In this document: positions 42,508 to 51,252 of the stretch, piece by piece
How positions within the stretch are numbered: the stretch's first letter is position 1
How the letters are laid out: the number at the start of each line of letters is the position of its first letter
Source: Bacteroidota bacterium
Lineage (GTDB): Bacteria > Bacteroidota > Ignavibacteria > UBA10030 > UBA8401
Direction of reading: 5' to 3'
Assembly (NCBI GenBank): GCA_021796275.1
Contig: JAJYOI010000003.1
Location: 1,532 to 65,531, forward strand
DNA: 64,000 nucleotides
Notes under the pieces: model-generated
The model's database searches: none
The model's input: the letters and a program-made list of their open reading frames with translations, nothing else
Told to the model about the DNA's origin: nothing
Translations under genes and position numbers: made by a program

Positions 42508-44112
42508 ATGAACAGAAGAGAATTTATCCGACGGGCAATTCCTGTAACGGCGCTGCCATTCGTGCTGAACGGATTTCCGCTTCGCGCGTACGGCCGCTCT
42601 CCTTTGCTCGACGCAATAACCAAAGCCGCGGTCACGACTGACCGCGTGCTCGTGCTTGTTCAACTCGGCGGAGGCAACGACGGCATTAATACCGTCATCG
42701 CGCGCGATCAATATCACGCATATATGAATGCGCGTCAAAATATTGCTCTTCCTGAATTATCAATTCTTCCTCTGACATCCGAGACGGGTTTGCATCCCGC
42801 CATGACCGGCATGCGTTCGCTCTACGAGGATGGAAAGCTCGCCATTGTGCAGGGCGTAACATATCCGAACCCCGATCTCTCCCACTTCCGCGCAACAGAT
42901 ATTTGGCTGACGGCAGCGGACTACAACGAAACTCTTTCGGACGGCTGGCTCGGCAGATATTTGCAGCAGGAATTTCCCGGCTATCCTGTCGGTTACCCGA
43001 ACGAGGTAACTCCCGATCCGCTTGCAATTCAAATCGGCGCCGATGTCTCGCTCGCGCTGAAAAGCTCTTCGGGTCCAATGGCGATCTCGCTCTACGATCC
43101 GGATTCATTCTATCAATTGATACAAAACGGAAACAACGGCGGTGTAGCGCAATCTCCGAAAACACCGGCGGGACATGAGCTGTCGTTCATTCAGGAAATA
43201 GCAACACAGTCGCAGGACTATGCCGCTCAAGTGAAAACTGCGGCAGATAAAATCAGCAGTGCAACCCGCTCGGCAATGTATCCCGGTCCCGGAAAAAATT
43301 ATCTTGCCGATCAATTGAAGATTGTTGCTACGCTTATCGCCGGCGGATTGAAAACTCGCTTGTACATCGTGAACCTGTACGGCTTCGACACGCATTCTTC
43401 ACAAGTGGACGGAGGCGATTCGAAAAACGGTGAACATGCGGCGCTGCTGGAAAAACTTTCAACGGCAATTTCTGCATTTCAGGACGATCTGAATACTTTA
43501 GGAATCGGCGATCGCGTACTCGGAATGACATTTTCAGAATTCGGCAGGCGCGTTTATTCCAATTCAAGCCTCGGAACCGATCACGGCACCGCCGCGCCGA
43601 TGTTTCTGTTTGGCAACGGTGTGAAGCCCGGCATCATCGGTGCGAACCCCGATCTTACCGATCTTGTGGATGGAAATTTGAAAATGCAATTCGACTTTCG
43701 CTCTGTCTATACGTCTGTGCTTCAGCAGTGGTTTGCTACAGGAACAGCGGAGTTGAATGCAACACTGCTACAGACGTTCCCTGCCATTCCGGTCGTTCGC
43801 AAATCGTACTACATTGATGAAAACGGCAACCGCTTGTATTCTTCCACGTGCCGTTTATACAACAACTATCCCAATCCTTTCAACCCTTCAACGACTATCG
43901 CGTACGATCTCCCCGATGACGGCACCGTGCTGTTGGAAGTGTTTGACATTACGGGAAGAAAAATAGCAACGCTTGTTAATGGTTTCCAGCCGGCGGGAAG
44001 TTACAAAGTGACATTCACAGCATCGAACAGACTTGCCAGCGGCGTGTATATTTGTCAATTGCGGTGGGGCGAGACACTTGCGATTCGGAATAAAATGCTG
44101 CTGCTGAAATAA
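42508..44112 (+). CDS. DUF1501 protein with Tat signal and T9SS type A sorting domain
   Basis: MNRREFI; GGNDGIN, SHFRA, GFDTH, SEFGRR and GTDHG motifs; C-terminus NYPNPFNP...GVY...KMLLLK. Confidence 0.9.
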   Translation: MNRREFIRRAIPVTALPFVLNGFPLRAYGRSPLLDAITKAAVTTDRVLVLVQLGGGNDGINTVIARDQYHAYMNARQNIALPELSILPLTSETGLHPAMTGMRSLYEDGKLAIVQGVTYPNPDLSHFRATDIWLTAADYNETLSDGWLGRYLQQEFPGYPVGYPNEVTPDPLAIQIGADVSLALKSSSGPMAISLYDPDSFYQLIQNGNNGGVAQSPKTPAGHELSFIQEIATQSQDYAAQVKTAADKISSATRSAMYPGPGKNYLADQLKIVATLIAGGLKTRLYIVNLYGFDTHSSQVDGGDSKNGEHAALLEKLSTAISAFQDDLNTLGIGDRVLGMTFSEFGRRVYSNSSLGTDHGTAAPMFLFGNGVKPGIIGANPDLTDLVDGNLKMQFDFRSVYTSVLQQWFATGTAELNATLLQTFPAIPVVRKSYYIDENGNRLYSSTCRLYNNYPNPFNPSTTIAYDLPDDGTVLLEVFDITGRKIATLVNGFQPAGSYKVTFTASNRLASGVYICQLRWGETLAIRNKMLLLK

Positions 44113-44224
44113 AAAACCCAGGCTCTTGCAAAAGTTTCAACCAAAGGCGGACAAGTAGAACCGTTCGCAAGGTTCACAAATTTAAAATCCGCTGTCGGGC
44201 GTGCTGTGCGTTGTGCCGTTCATC

Positions 44225-44971
44225 TTACTCTCTCGCCAATTGAAAGAGCCGGCGGGCGATAAGAATGTACCACACCATTGTTGAAACTCCTCCGAGCATA
44301 GCGATGATCAGTGCCGCATTTGATAACGACAGCAGAAATGAAGCGCACGCATCAAATAGCAGAAGCAAGCCGCAGCCGGCAATGCCGAAGTACGCCGCGG
44401 GTTTGCTGAAAATTTTGCCCGTCAGCATTACCACCGACATCAGGATGGCGCCGGTTTCCATGAAAAAAAATCCCAGAAATGTACCGGGCGTGTGGCTTCT
44501 GCCTGCCGCAAGCATCGCTTGCCCCGCTGCCGCTATGATTGTTCTCTGCTCGCCGGTTGAAGCGGACGCATACTGGCTGCTGAGATCAAGCATCGCAAAC
44601 GCGCGATTGGTCGCGTAAAAAACTGCAATGCCAATGAAGGTGAGAATCAATGCCAATGCCGCAAAGGGGCGCGCAACCATTCGATGCGCTGCGTAGATTG
44701 CAAACAACATCGGAATCTCGAACGTGGTCATAACAATGTTCAACAAGCCAAGGTTGCGGAGCGCGAGAAATGAATTGCGTTGAAACAGCGTGAACCACTC
44801 ATTGACAGATTCCGCCGAAGCATATCCTCCCGGAAGAAACGTGATGAGAATTTCTGTCAGCGAGGTGAGCAGTATCAGCACAGCCGCTGCGCCGCCAACC
44901 TTATAGAGATTCTTCCAACCGGAATCGGCAGCGGCTGCATCAGCAGATTGATTTTGTTCGGATTGAGACAT
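44225..44971 (-). CDS. DUF4386-like multi-pass membrane protein
   Basis: Six to seven TM segments; 'LSSQYASA' loop pattern; SD AGGAG. Confidence 0.6.
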   Translation of the reverse strand: MSQSEQNQSADAAAADSGWKNLYKVGGAAAVLILLTSLTEILITFLPGGYASAESVNEWFTLFQRNSFLALRNLGLLNIVMTTFEIPMLFAIYAAHRMVARPFAALALILTFIGIAVFYATNRAFAMLDLSSQYASASTGEQRTIIAAAGQAMLAAGRSHTPGTFLGFFFMETGAILMSVVMLTGKIFSKPAAYFGIAGCGLLLLFDACASFLLSLSNAALIIAMLGGVSTMVWYILIARRLFQLARE

Positions 44972-45013
44972 TTGATTCTTCTCCTGTAAATAGATTTATG
45001 CATGAGATAATAT

Positions 45014-45145
45014 TAGAGACTTCTGAAAAATGACAACCAGGCTGTGGTGAGCGAAGTCGAACCACGATTTCATCACAATTTCCGCACTTTGACTTCACTC
45101 AGTGCGACTTTCTTGAATTGCAAAACGATTTTTCAGAAATCTCTA
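45014..45145. mobile_element. MITE-like element carrying a REP pair
   Basis: 18-bp terminal inverted repeats tagagacttctgaaaaat / atttttcagaaatctcta (1 mismatch). Confidence 0.7.
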
Positions 45146-45309
45146 CTACTAAGTCATGTTACGCAGCGAAAAAATCTGCCTAAAAAAGTAAGTTCGTCAT
45201 GGTACGCTTTAGCGTACCATCCATACTTGGATTCCTCCCGACTTTGTCGGGACGGGAATGACATTATTCTGATTTTGATTTTCAAGGCAGTCATTTTGCG
45301 TACCATGAG

Positions 45310-45597
45310 TTACTGAATTTGCCCGATGCGGCTCAGCGTGATGGTACGTCCCCACTGCTGAGTTGTGATTCGGTCAGTAATAATTCCTTCGAAGTAAACG
45401 CGGAGACTATCTTTCCGGAATTCCGTACTGAGATTCTCCGGAAGATAGTGATCGCCTTTATCAGTTATGATTCCGTAGAATCCTCCTTCGAACGACATAT
45501 ATGCGACTCTGCCGGTCGCGGAGACTCGTTGGCTATCGTCAGTGCAACTGATAGCCACAAAAACCAGTAAACTTAGTACCATCACGATGAGCTTCAT
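45310..45597 (-). CDS. Small hypothetical lipoprotein (possible old cassette)
   Basis: Lipobox AISC; FEGGFYGI...Y.P.NL; SD AGGAG. Confidence 0.7.
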   Translation of the reverse strand: MKLIVMVLSLLVFVAISCTDDSQRVSATGRVAYMSFEGGFYGIITDKGDHYLPENLSTEFRKDSLRVYFEGIITDRITTQQWGRTITLSRIGQIQ

Positions 45598-45699
45598 TGT
45601 TGACTCCTTTCAGACATGGTCTGATCAGCCTTTGGCTGAGTTGACGCTTTCACATCAACGACTTTTGAATACGCTGTGTACCGCTTAGCATACGCGTAC

Positions 45700-46653
45700 T
45701 CACACCCGCCGCATGTTATCCTTGAATCGTATCGTCTGCGCAATGCCTTCCGGGTATGATATCGGAACGTAGTGAAAGTGCTCGTTGAACTTTGTCGAAT
45801 CAAAATAATAATCGAACTCGCTCTGATAAAGCATCTCGTACGATTCCCGCACAGTTCTGTCGCTCACTCCGGCTAACCTCAGCATCCATTTCTTAAGAAC
45901 CATGCTTCGGGGTGCAACACCAAGCTCCTTCGCGGCAATTTCAATAAATGTTCTTCCGTTGATCGGCGGATTGGATGTGGGAAGATGCCATACCTGATTG
46001 AAAGCCGCCGCATCATCGGCAAGCAAGTGCAAGCCGCGTGCACAGTCGAGTGTGTAGCTGTACGAATGTCCGGCGTCAGGGTTCACAAGCCAGTACGCCT
46101 TTTGTCCGCGGCGGAGCCTGTCGATAACCAGCAGTTGTGGAACGCTAGTCTTCGTTGCGTACGGCCCGTAGAAATCCGCGGCGCGGGCGATAATTGCCTG
46201 CACGTTCCCCCGTTTCATTTCTCCCTGAAGCTGTTCCGCTATCGTTACGCGCACCTCCCCTTTTCTGCTGCACGGAGCGTACGGCGTTACTTCTGTCATC
46301 TTGCCGGATACTTTGCCGTAGGAATAGACGTTATCCAGAAAAATAAGTCTCGCATTGCTTGCGGTGCACGCTTCGATTGTGTTGGACATGATCTTAGGCC
46401 AGAGTCCCCGCCACACTTTTGTATCGTACGCGAGTCCCGCGCACAGGAAGACCACGGCGGAGCCTTTGACTCCTTCCATCGTATCATGAAGCGACGTAAG
46501 GTCGCCTTTAACCGACTCGGTTCCGCTCCACGAAAAAGCACTTCGCGAAACAAGCCGTACCGTCTTCTTGTTGGCAAGAAGTGTTGACGTTAATGCGTTT
46601 CCGACAGAACCGCCTGCGCCAAGTATTGTATAGAGATGATTGTTGTTTTTCAT
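45700..46653 (-). CDS. NAD-dependent epimerase/dehydratase family protein
   Basis: ILGAGGSVG Rossmann motif; DNVYSYG and RAADFYGP motifs. Confidence 0.88.
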   Translation of the reverse strand: MKNNNHLYTILGAGGSVGNALTSTLLANKKTVRLVSRSAFSWSGTESVKGDLTSLHDTMEGVKGSAVVFLCAGLAYDTKVWRGLWPKIMSNTIEACTASNARLIFLDNVYSYGKVSGKMTEVTPYAPCSRKGEVRVTIAEQLQGEMKRGNVQAIIARAADFYGPYATKTSVPQLLVIDRLRRGQKAYWLVNPDAGHSYSYTLDCARGLHLLADDAAAFNQVWHLPTSNPPINGRTFIEIAAKELGVAPRSMVLKKWMLRLAGVSDRTVRESYEMLYQSEFDYYFDSTKFNEHFHYVPISYPEGIAQTIRFKDNMRRV

Positions 46654-46699
46654 GTAATCAATTCTCCGGAAAAGTATGAAGCCTCAGTGTGCCGCCATT

Positions 46700-46813
46700 G
46701 CATAGAATGTTTCGGCAACACGCAGCGCCGCACTCCATATGTTTTTATGACGGCGTCATTGAGCGAGCACGTCGTTTATAAAATGTCGAGCGTCGTGATG
46801 CGGCATGTAAGCC
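46700..46813 (-). mobile_element. Degenerate attC site
   Basis: Strongly similar to the attC at 47516 (gccgcatcacgacgctcg...gtgctcgctc...cgccgtcat); R'' mutated to GGCTTAC and R' eroded. Confidence 0.65.
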
Positions 46814-47463
46814 GCCGCGCTCTGACCGTTTGCTGGTGGCTCAAATAAGGAATCCGAGAAGGGGACATTGACTTCCAGAACTCGGTATTGAGTAACTGTG
46901 GTCTGCGTAACGTCGTAGTGGACTGTGCCACCACCCCTCTGAATCGGAAGTCGATGGTCAACCCAGACCCACTCTCTATATCCGCCGCTATCGCCAAAAA
47001 CATTACAAACTTTACCAAGTATTACCTCTGTTTTCAGAAATGGCGGCGACTGTGTAAACCAACTGCCTAAGTAAGCTTGAACATCTTGATTGTAGGCGGT
47101 ATCCAAATTTGGCAGCTGAGGGTATGTTAGATGACCTTCATAGTCATTCCATGCGATGCCCTTCTTCAAGTCATAGACTGTTATGTTGGAAGGATACTGC
47201 ATAAACTTTTCATGAGTCGAATCAAAGTAGACTTCAAAGATCGGCGCAAATGAACTATCAGATTGACCATTGACAACCACGGAATCATATACGACAAAAT
47301 GAATTGAAGTGATGCCCTCGGCAGCAAATATTTCATGGGCGGATAAATCGCGTGACGGAGCGGGCATTGGAAAATTATCTGGACCTGTCGGACTATTACA
47401 AGAGGAAAAGGCGAACAAAGAGATTCCCAAACTCAGAACCGAGATGATCAATCTAGTTTTCAT
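46756..47463 (-). CDS. Cassette-borne hypothetical lipoprotein
   Basis: Lipobox FSSC; LolA-like C-terminal FSDSLFEPP; ORF reads through into the degenerate attC. Confidence 0.7.
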   Translation of the reverse strand: MKTRLIISVLSLGISLFAFSSCNSPTGPDNFPMPAPSRDLSAHEIFAAEGITSIHFVVYDSVVVNGQSDSSFAPIFEVYFDSTHEKFMQYPSNITVYDLKKGIAWNDYEGHLTYPQLPNLDTAYNQDVQAYLGSWFTQSPPFLKTEVILGKVCNVFGDSGGYREWVWVDHRLPIQRGGGTVHYDVTQTTVTQYRVLEVNVPFSDSLFEPPANGQSAAAYMPHHDARHFINDVLAQ

Positions 47464-47515
47464 GTTCCATTCTTCCGTAAACGAGTAAAACATTCAAATG
47501 CTCCAGGACAATTGC

Positions 47516-47632
47516 AACTAACGTCCTGCCGCATCACGCCGTGCCGCCGTTCCATGATATATAAAATGACGGCGGCATGGAGCGAGCACAATGAATATGA
47601 AATGCCGAGCGTCGTGATGCGGCGTGTTAGGC
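47516..47632 (-). mobile_element. attC site
   Basis: R'' GCCTAAC 12 nt after the stop, R' GTTAGTT; inner arms gccgcatcacg / cgtgatgcggc. Confidence 0.82.
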
Positions 47633-47644
47633 GAAGTTGCTTTT

Positions 47645-49561
47645 TCACTTTAGCAAAGTCAGCTTCTTAGTTTGGATCTGGCTGCCGGCTTGAATTCTAT
47701 AGAAGTAAACTCCACTCGGAAAGTTGCTCCCATCGAAAGTAACAGAGTGCCCGCCGGCATTTTGCTTTTCGTTGACGAGCGATTTAACTTCTCTTCCGAG
47801 GACATCATAGATCTTCAGCGAGACGAAACTGTTCGTAGGTAATTGATAACTTAATGTGGTCGTTGGGTTGAAGGGGTTGGGGTAGTTCTGCCCGAGTTGA
47901 AATTCGATTGGCTTTCCCTTAGGCTGCTTAATTCCAACGGGCGCGAGGCCGATACCTGAAGCTCCTACTGAATCAGGCGATTCAGCCGAGTTGCTGACGA
48001 TGGTAATCATAGCCTGCTTAGAATATACATCAGGTGTAGCGGGGGTGAATCTGATCACCAACGAATCGCTTCTACGGGGAAGCACCAGAGATGGTATCTG
48101 CACAACTGAGAATTGCGGATCGGTGGATGAAACCGATATTATTCTCAGTGTATCAAATCCGACATTTTCCAGTAGCAACGAGGTGTCTTTGCATTCCCCG
48201 GTTAAAACGTTGCCGCATAAAACTCCGGATTCCTGTAGCTTGAGGAACGGGACCTTTGAATAAAGCAGGACCGGGATCGAGTCGGGGCTCAAGTAAGAAT
48301 TCGATGTGAAAACAATATTACCTGAATATTTGCCGGCTGAAGTCGCCATAGTGCTGACCTGGAAGCAGCCGGTATCTCCGGGTGAGATCGTTGCACTAGA
48401 TGGCGTAATATTAAATGCAGGGTTGGTTGAATTCACCTTTGAGATAAGCAGCGTATCGACCCCTCTATTTCTTATCACGATGGTATCGCGCACAGGGGAA
48501 GAAGTAATGTCACTGACGATCCTTACGATTCGTTGATTGATGCCAAACATAGTGGTCGATTGCCGGGTCTTAAAAATGCCATGTTCAAATGTTCCTGCTA
48601 GCAAATCACCGGCTTTGTTTGTTGCGAAACAAAGGACCTCGATGCCTTCAAGACCGGAATTGAGCTGGATCCATGATGCTGCATTGTGAAGCGAGAGATA
48701 AACTCCATCTGCGGTCGCCGCAAACAAATGCCCGATGGAATTTTCCTTTAAGTCAGACATGTAAACCTCAGGTAATCCACTGTCTGACCAATACCAAAAG
48801 GCTCCGAGATCGTTTGACTTCATCACACCACCATCCGTGCCGAGATAAATAACATTATCAGCTCCAATTGCAATCGCTCGCGTGGTATAAAGCCATGGAG
48901 ACCTCCCTACAAACGTGACATGACACCAACTCGTGCCGTCATCCGTTGAGCGGAATATTTCGCATCCACCTCCACTAGCATAAATATCGCCTATCGAGTT
49001 AAATGTCATGGCATACACTTGAGTCTCGTCAAAGAACACAGTGCTCCAAATGGTTCCACCATCCGTTGACCGCGATATTCCACCGACCCCGCCGGCAAAG
49101 ACCTGACCCTCCGAATTTGCAACGATTGTCCTGACATAAGTTACATCGCTTCCGATATTTAATTTATTCCACGTGAGGCCGTCGTCGGTTGATTTATAAA
49201 CCTGACCGTGGAGAGAAGCAAAGAGATTTCCATGCGGGTCACAGGCAATCGAAGAGGTAATGGTAAGTTCTCCGGCGTTGCCGTTGCCACCGTTTGTTAT
49301 CCAAGCCCATGTTTCGCCATTATCGGATGAACGGTAAATACCCGAATCTGCAGTCCCCGCGAACATAGTGCCCAAGGAATCGACCAAGACGCACCAAACG
49401 CTTGCTTTGTAGGGAAAAGGTACCGATTGCCAAAAAGGATTGTCAGAATTTGTAGTTTGCGATGCAAACGACGGAATCGAAGTCGCCAGTGCCAGGAGAG
49501 CGACAAGTACAAGATACAATCGGCTTTCCATCTTGACAATGATCTCACCGCGGGTTCCCAT
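47645..49561 (-). CDS. Cassette-borne BNR/Asp-box beta-propeller protein with ASH-like Ig domains and T9SS sorting domain
   Basis: Repeated S.D.G.TW boxes; two N.G.DTL.I domains; QNYPNPFNP...KKLTLLK; SD GGAGGT. Confidence 0.85.
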   Translation of the reverse strand: MGTRGEIIVKMESRLYLVLVALLALATSIPSFASQTTNSDNPFWQSVPFPYKASVWCVLVDSLGTMFAGTADSGIYRSSDNGETWAWITNGGNGNAGELTITSSIACDPHGNLFASLHGQVYKSTDDGLTWNKLNIGSDVTYVRTIVANSEGQVFAGGVGGISRSTDGGTIWSTVFFDETQVYAMTFNSIGDIYASGGGCEIFRSTDDGTSWCHVTFVGRSPWLYTTRAIAIGADNVIYLGTDGGVMKSNDLGAFWYWSDSGLPEVYMSDLKENSIGHLFAATADGVYLSLHNAASWIQLNSGLEGIEVLCFATNKAGDLLAGTFEHGIFKTRQSTTMFGINQRIVRIVSDITSSPVRDTIVIRNRGVDTLLISKVNSTNPAFNITPSSATISPGDTGCFQVSTMATSAGKYSGNIVFTSNSYLSPDSIPVLLYSKVPFLKLQESGVLCGNVLTGECKDTSLLLENVGFDTLRIISVSSTDPQFSVVQIPSLVLPRRSDSLVIRFTPATPDVYSKQAMITIVSNSAESPDSVGASGIGLAPVGIKQPKGKPIEFQLGQNYPNPFNPTTTLSYQLPTNSFVSLKIYDVLGREVKSLVNEKQNAGGHSVTFDGSNFPSGVYFYRIQAGSQIQTKKLTLLK

Positions 49562-49588
49562 TCGTACCTCCTTTGAAAAAGCAATTTC

Positions 49589-49624
49589 GCCTAACTATTG
49601 TAATTATGAATTGCGTTTTTACAA
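49589..49624 (-). mobile_element. attI-like site downstream of the integrase relic
   Basis: Minus strand ...TAATTACAATA-GTTAGGC at the first cassette boundary, without attC symmetry; homologous to 21295. Confidence 0.65.
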
Positions 49625-49657
49625 CAACATTCGTGTCAAAGACGAACCTTCGTTGCG

Positions 49658-49933
49658 TTATTGCTCACTTCCCCGAAGGGGTCCTTCGGACGTATGCAGT
49701 ACCTGCTCTATCGGGCTTCGTATTGCCGCAATAGTCCGTTTGCTTACATGTGTGTAAATCTCGGTCGTGCGCACGCTGCTGTGCCCTAACAATTCCTGTA
49801 TAAAACGAATATCTGTATTTATCTCACGGCATAAAGTTTTCGGAGAATAATTTCTCAGCCGCATCTCTGCGCCGAGCACCTCGAAAAGTCTGCCGTGTGT
49901 GTTGTGTGTGATTTGTCCTGTGTGTGCGGTCAT
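49658..49933 (-). pseudogene. Internally deleted tyrosine recombinase (integron-integrase-like)
   Basis: N-terminal [11 protein letters not shown] joined directly to C-terminal [24 protein letters not shown]...IRSP; the core domain is missing. Confidence 0.85.
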
Positions 49934-50065
49934 CGTTGCTTTCTTTGAGCCAGCCTGTCCGCCATCTTTTTGACGGAAGGCTCATCAGCCTTTGGCTGAC
50001 GTCAGACTTTGCAATGATCCGTTTCCTCTACAACCCGAACCTGCCTGCGGCAGGCATGCGCCAAT

Positions 50066-50094
50066 AGTGTATAAAAATTTCCCGCAACTGTCAA
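50066..50094 (-). promoter_or_regulatory. Sigma70 promoter facing the integrase relic and cassette array
   Basis: TTGACA-17 bp-TACACT. Confidence 0.6.
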
Positions 50095-50149
50095 GCCTTG
50101 CCGGTAAAGTTTCTCGCTTACGCTGCGGCAAAAGTCCCTCTGCATACCG

Positions 50150-50420
50150 TCTGTCTGGCAGTGCAGGTCGTTTGTCCGGCGGTGCGGGTTTCTGTACTGG
50201 CGGTGCAGGTCTCTGTACCGGCGGCGCGAGCATCTGTACTGGTGGCGCGGGCTCTGTACTGGCGGTGCAGGTCTCTGTACCGGCGGGAGAGGTCTCTGTA
50301 CTGGCGGCGCGAGCATCTGTACTGGAGGCGCGAGCTCTGTACTGGCGGGAGAAGTCTCTGTACTGGCGGCGCGGGCATCTGTACTGAAGGCGCGGGTCTT
50401 TGTACCGCGGTGCAAATAGC
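50150..50420. repeat. Tandem array of 13 units of 20-21 nt (consensus CTGTACYGGCGGNGCRRGYNT)
   Basis: CTGTAC at 50192, 50213, 50234, 50254, 50275, 50296, 50317, 50337, 50358 and 50379, plus degenerate edge units. Confidence 0.92.
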
Positions 50421-50472
50421 TGAATTTCAGCCAAAAACGATAATTCCATTGGAAAATTGTCTGTTTTCGTCA

Positions 50473-50523
50473 GAAAACCACAGTTGGAGCGGTGCGGGTC
50501 AAGCCGCTCCTGTGTGGTTGTTT
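50473..50523 (-). terminator. Long stem-loop between the helical-protein gene and the 21-nt array
   Basis: aaaaccacacaggagcgg ... ccgctccaactgtggtttt. Confidence 0.55.
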
Positions 50524-50538
50524 CTTTACAAAAGCCGC

Positions 50539-51252
50539 CTATGGTGCAGGCGGTGGTTCAGGCGGAGGTGGCGGTGTGTCACCGTCATTTCCGCCGGGGG
50601 GCGGCGGTGTGAAGCGAAGCTCATACGCATGCTGAAACTCTTTCAGAACAAGAGGTTCGCGGATGAACTCCATCTTCGCCGCCGCTTCTATCTCGTCCGC
50701 AATGTCGGTAACGGCTTTCAGCTTTGCCGCCGCCGCTGCGGTTGCCTGCGGGGATTCCTGTTTTCTGCTCACTTCCTGCACCGTATCGTCAGCCTCGAGT
50801 GCCTCGCGGTTGGCGATCAGCTCAGTAAGGTCGCTCGCAACAAGCTTCCCTTTGGTGGTAAGAAGTGTTTCATGAGTGGCCCATGCTGACTCGATATCCT
50901 TTGCCCACTCAATCAACCGTGATGTCGAGCGGCCATAATGATCGCCGACGTGGAATTGGCGAAGAAGGTCGCTCTTCTTTCCGAAGCACAGCCTCGCACC
51001 TTCCTGTATTTTCTGGATAGTGATGTGAAGCTCGTTCTTGGAATTGGATTCCTTCTTCGTTTTGTCTTTGCCGGTAGCTCTCTTCTCCGTCACCGTCGCA
51101 TGCGAACCCTGCATGTCGTCAACGGAGGCATCGTAGCTTCCCAGCAATGCCGATGTAATGCCCCGCGGTTCTAACCGCGCTGCATACGTGATGCACAGAG
51201 CTTTCAGGTACCGATGTTCCTGCTCGGCTCCGTGCGATGTTGGTCTGCCCAT
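50539..51252 (-). CDS. Hypothetical all-helical protein with two internal repeats and Pro-rich tail
   Basis: Two roughly 80-aa repeats L..G....L...T....L...I...A...F......L..F; SD GAGGT; C-terminal PPPPPEPPPAP. Confidence 0.75.
   Translation of the reverse strand: MGRPTSHGAEQEHRYLKALCITYAARLEPRGITSALLGSYDASVDDMQGSHATVTEKRATGKDKTKKESNSKNELHITIQKIQEGARLCFGKKSDLLRQFHVGDHYGRSTSRLIEWAKDIESAWATHETLLTTKGKLVASDLTELIANREALEADDTVQEVSRKQESPQATAAAAAKLKAVTDIADEIEAAAKMEFIREPLVLKEFQHAYELRFTPPPPGGNDGDTPPPPPEPPPAP

Noticed and set aside
45653..45721. attC between the epimerase and the small lipoprotein
   Set aside because: An R''-like GGATAAC is present but I could not find convincing symmetry, so it is not listed as a feature.
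50150..50420. CRISPR array
   Set aside because: Units are only 20-21 nt with no unique spacers of CRISPR length, and there are no cas genes in the window.
49985..50889. Several overlapping ORFs across the 21-nt array
   Set aside because: They are open in many frames only because the repeat lacks stops. The repeat peptide switches at the 20-nt units and no convincing SD is present.
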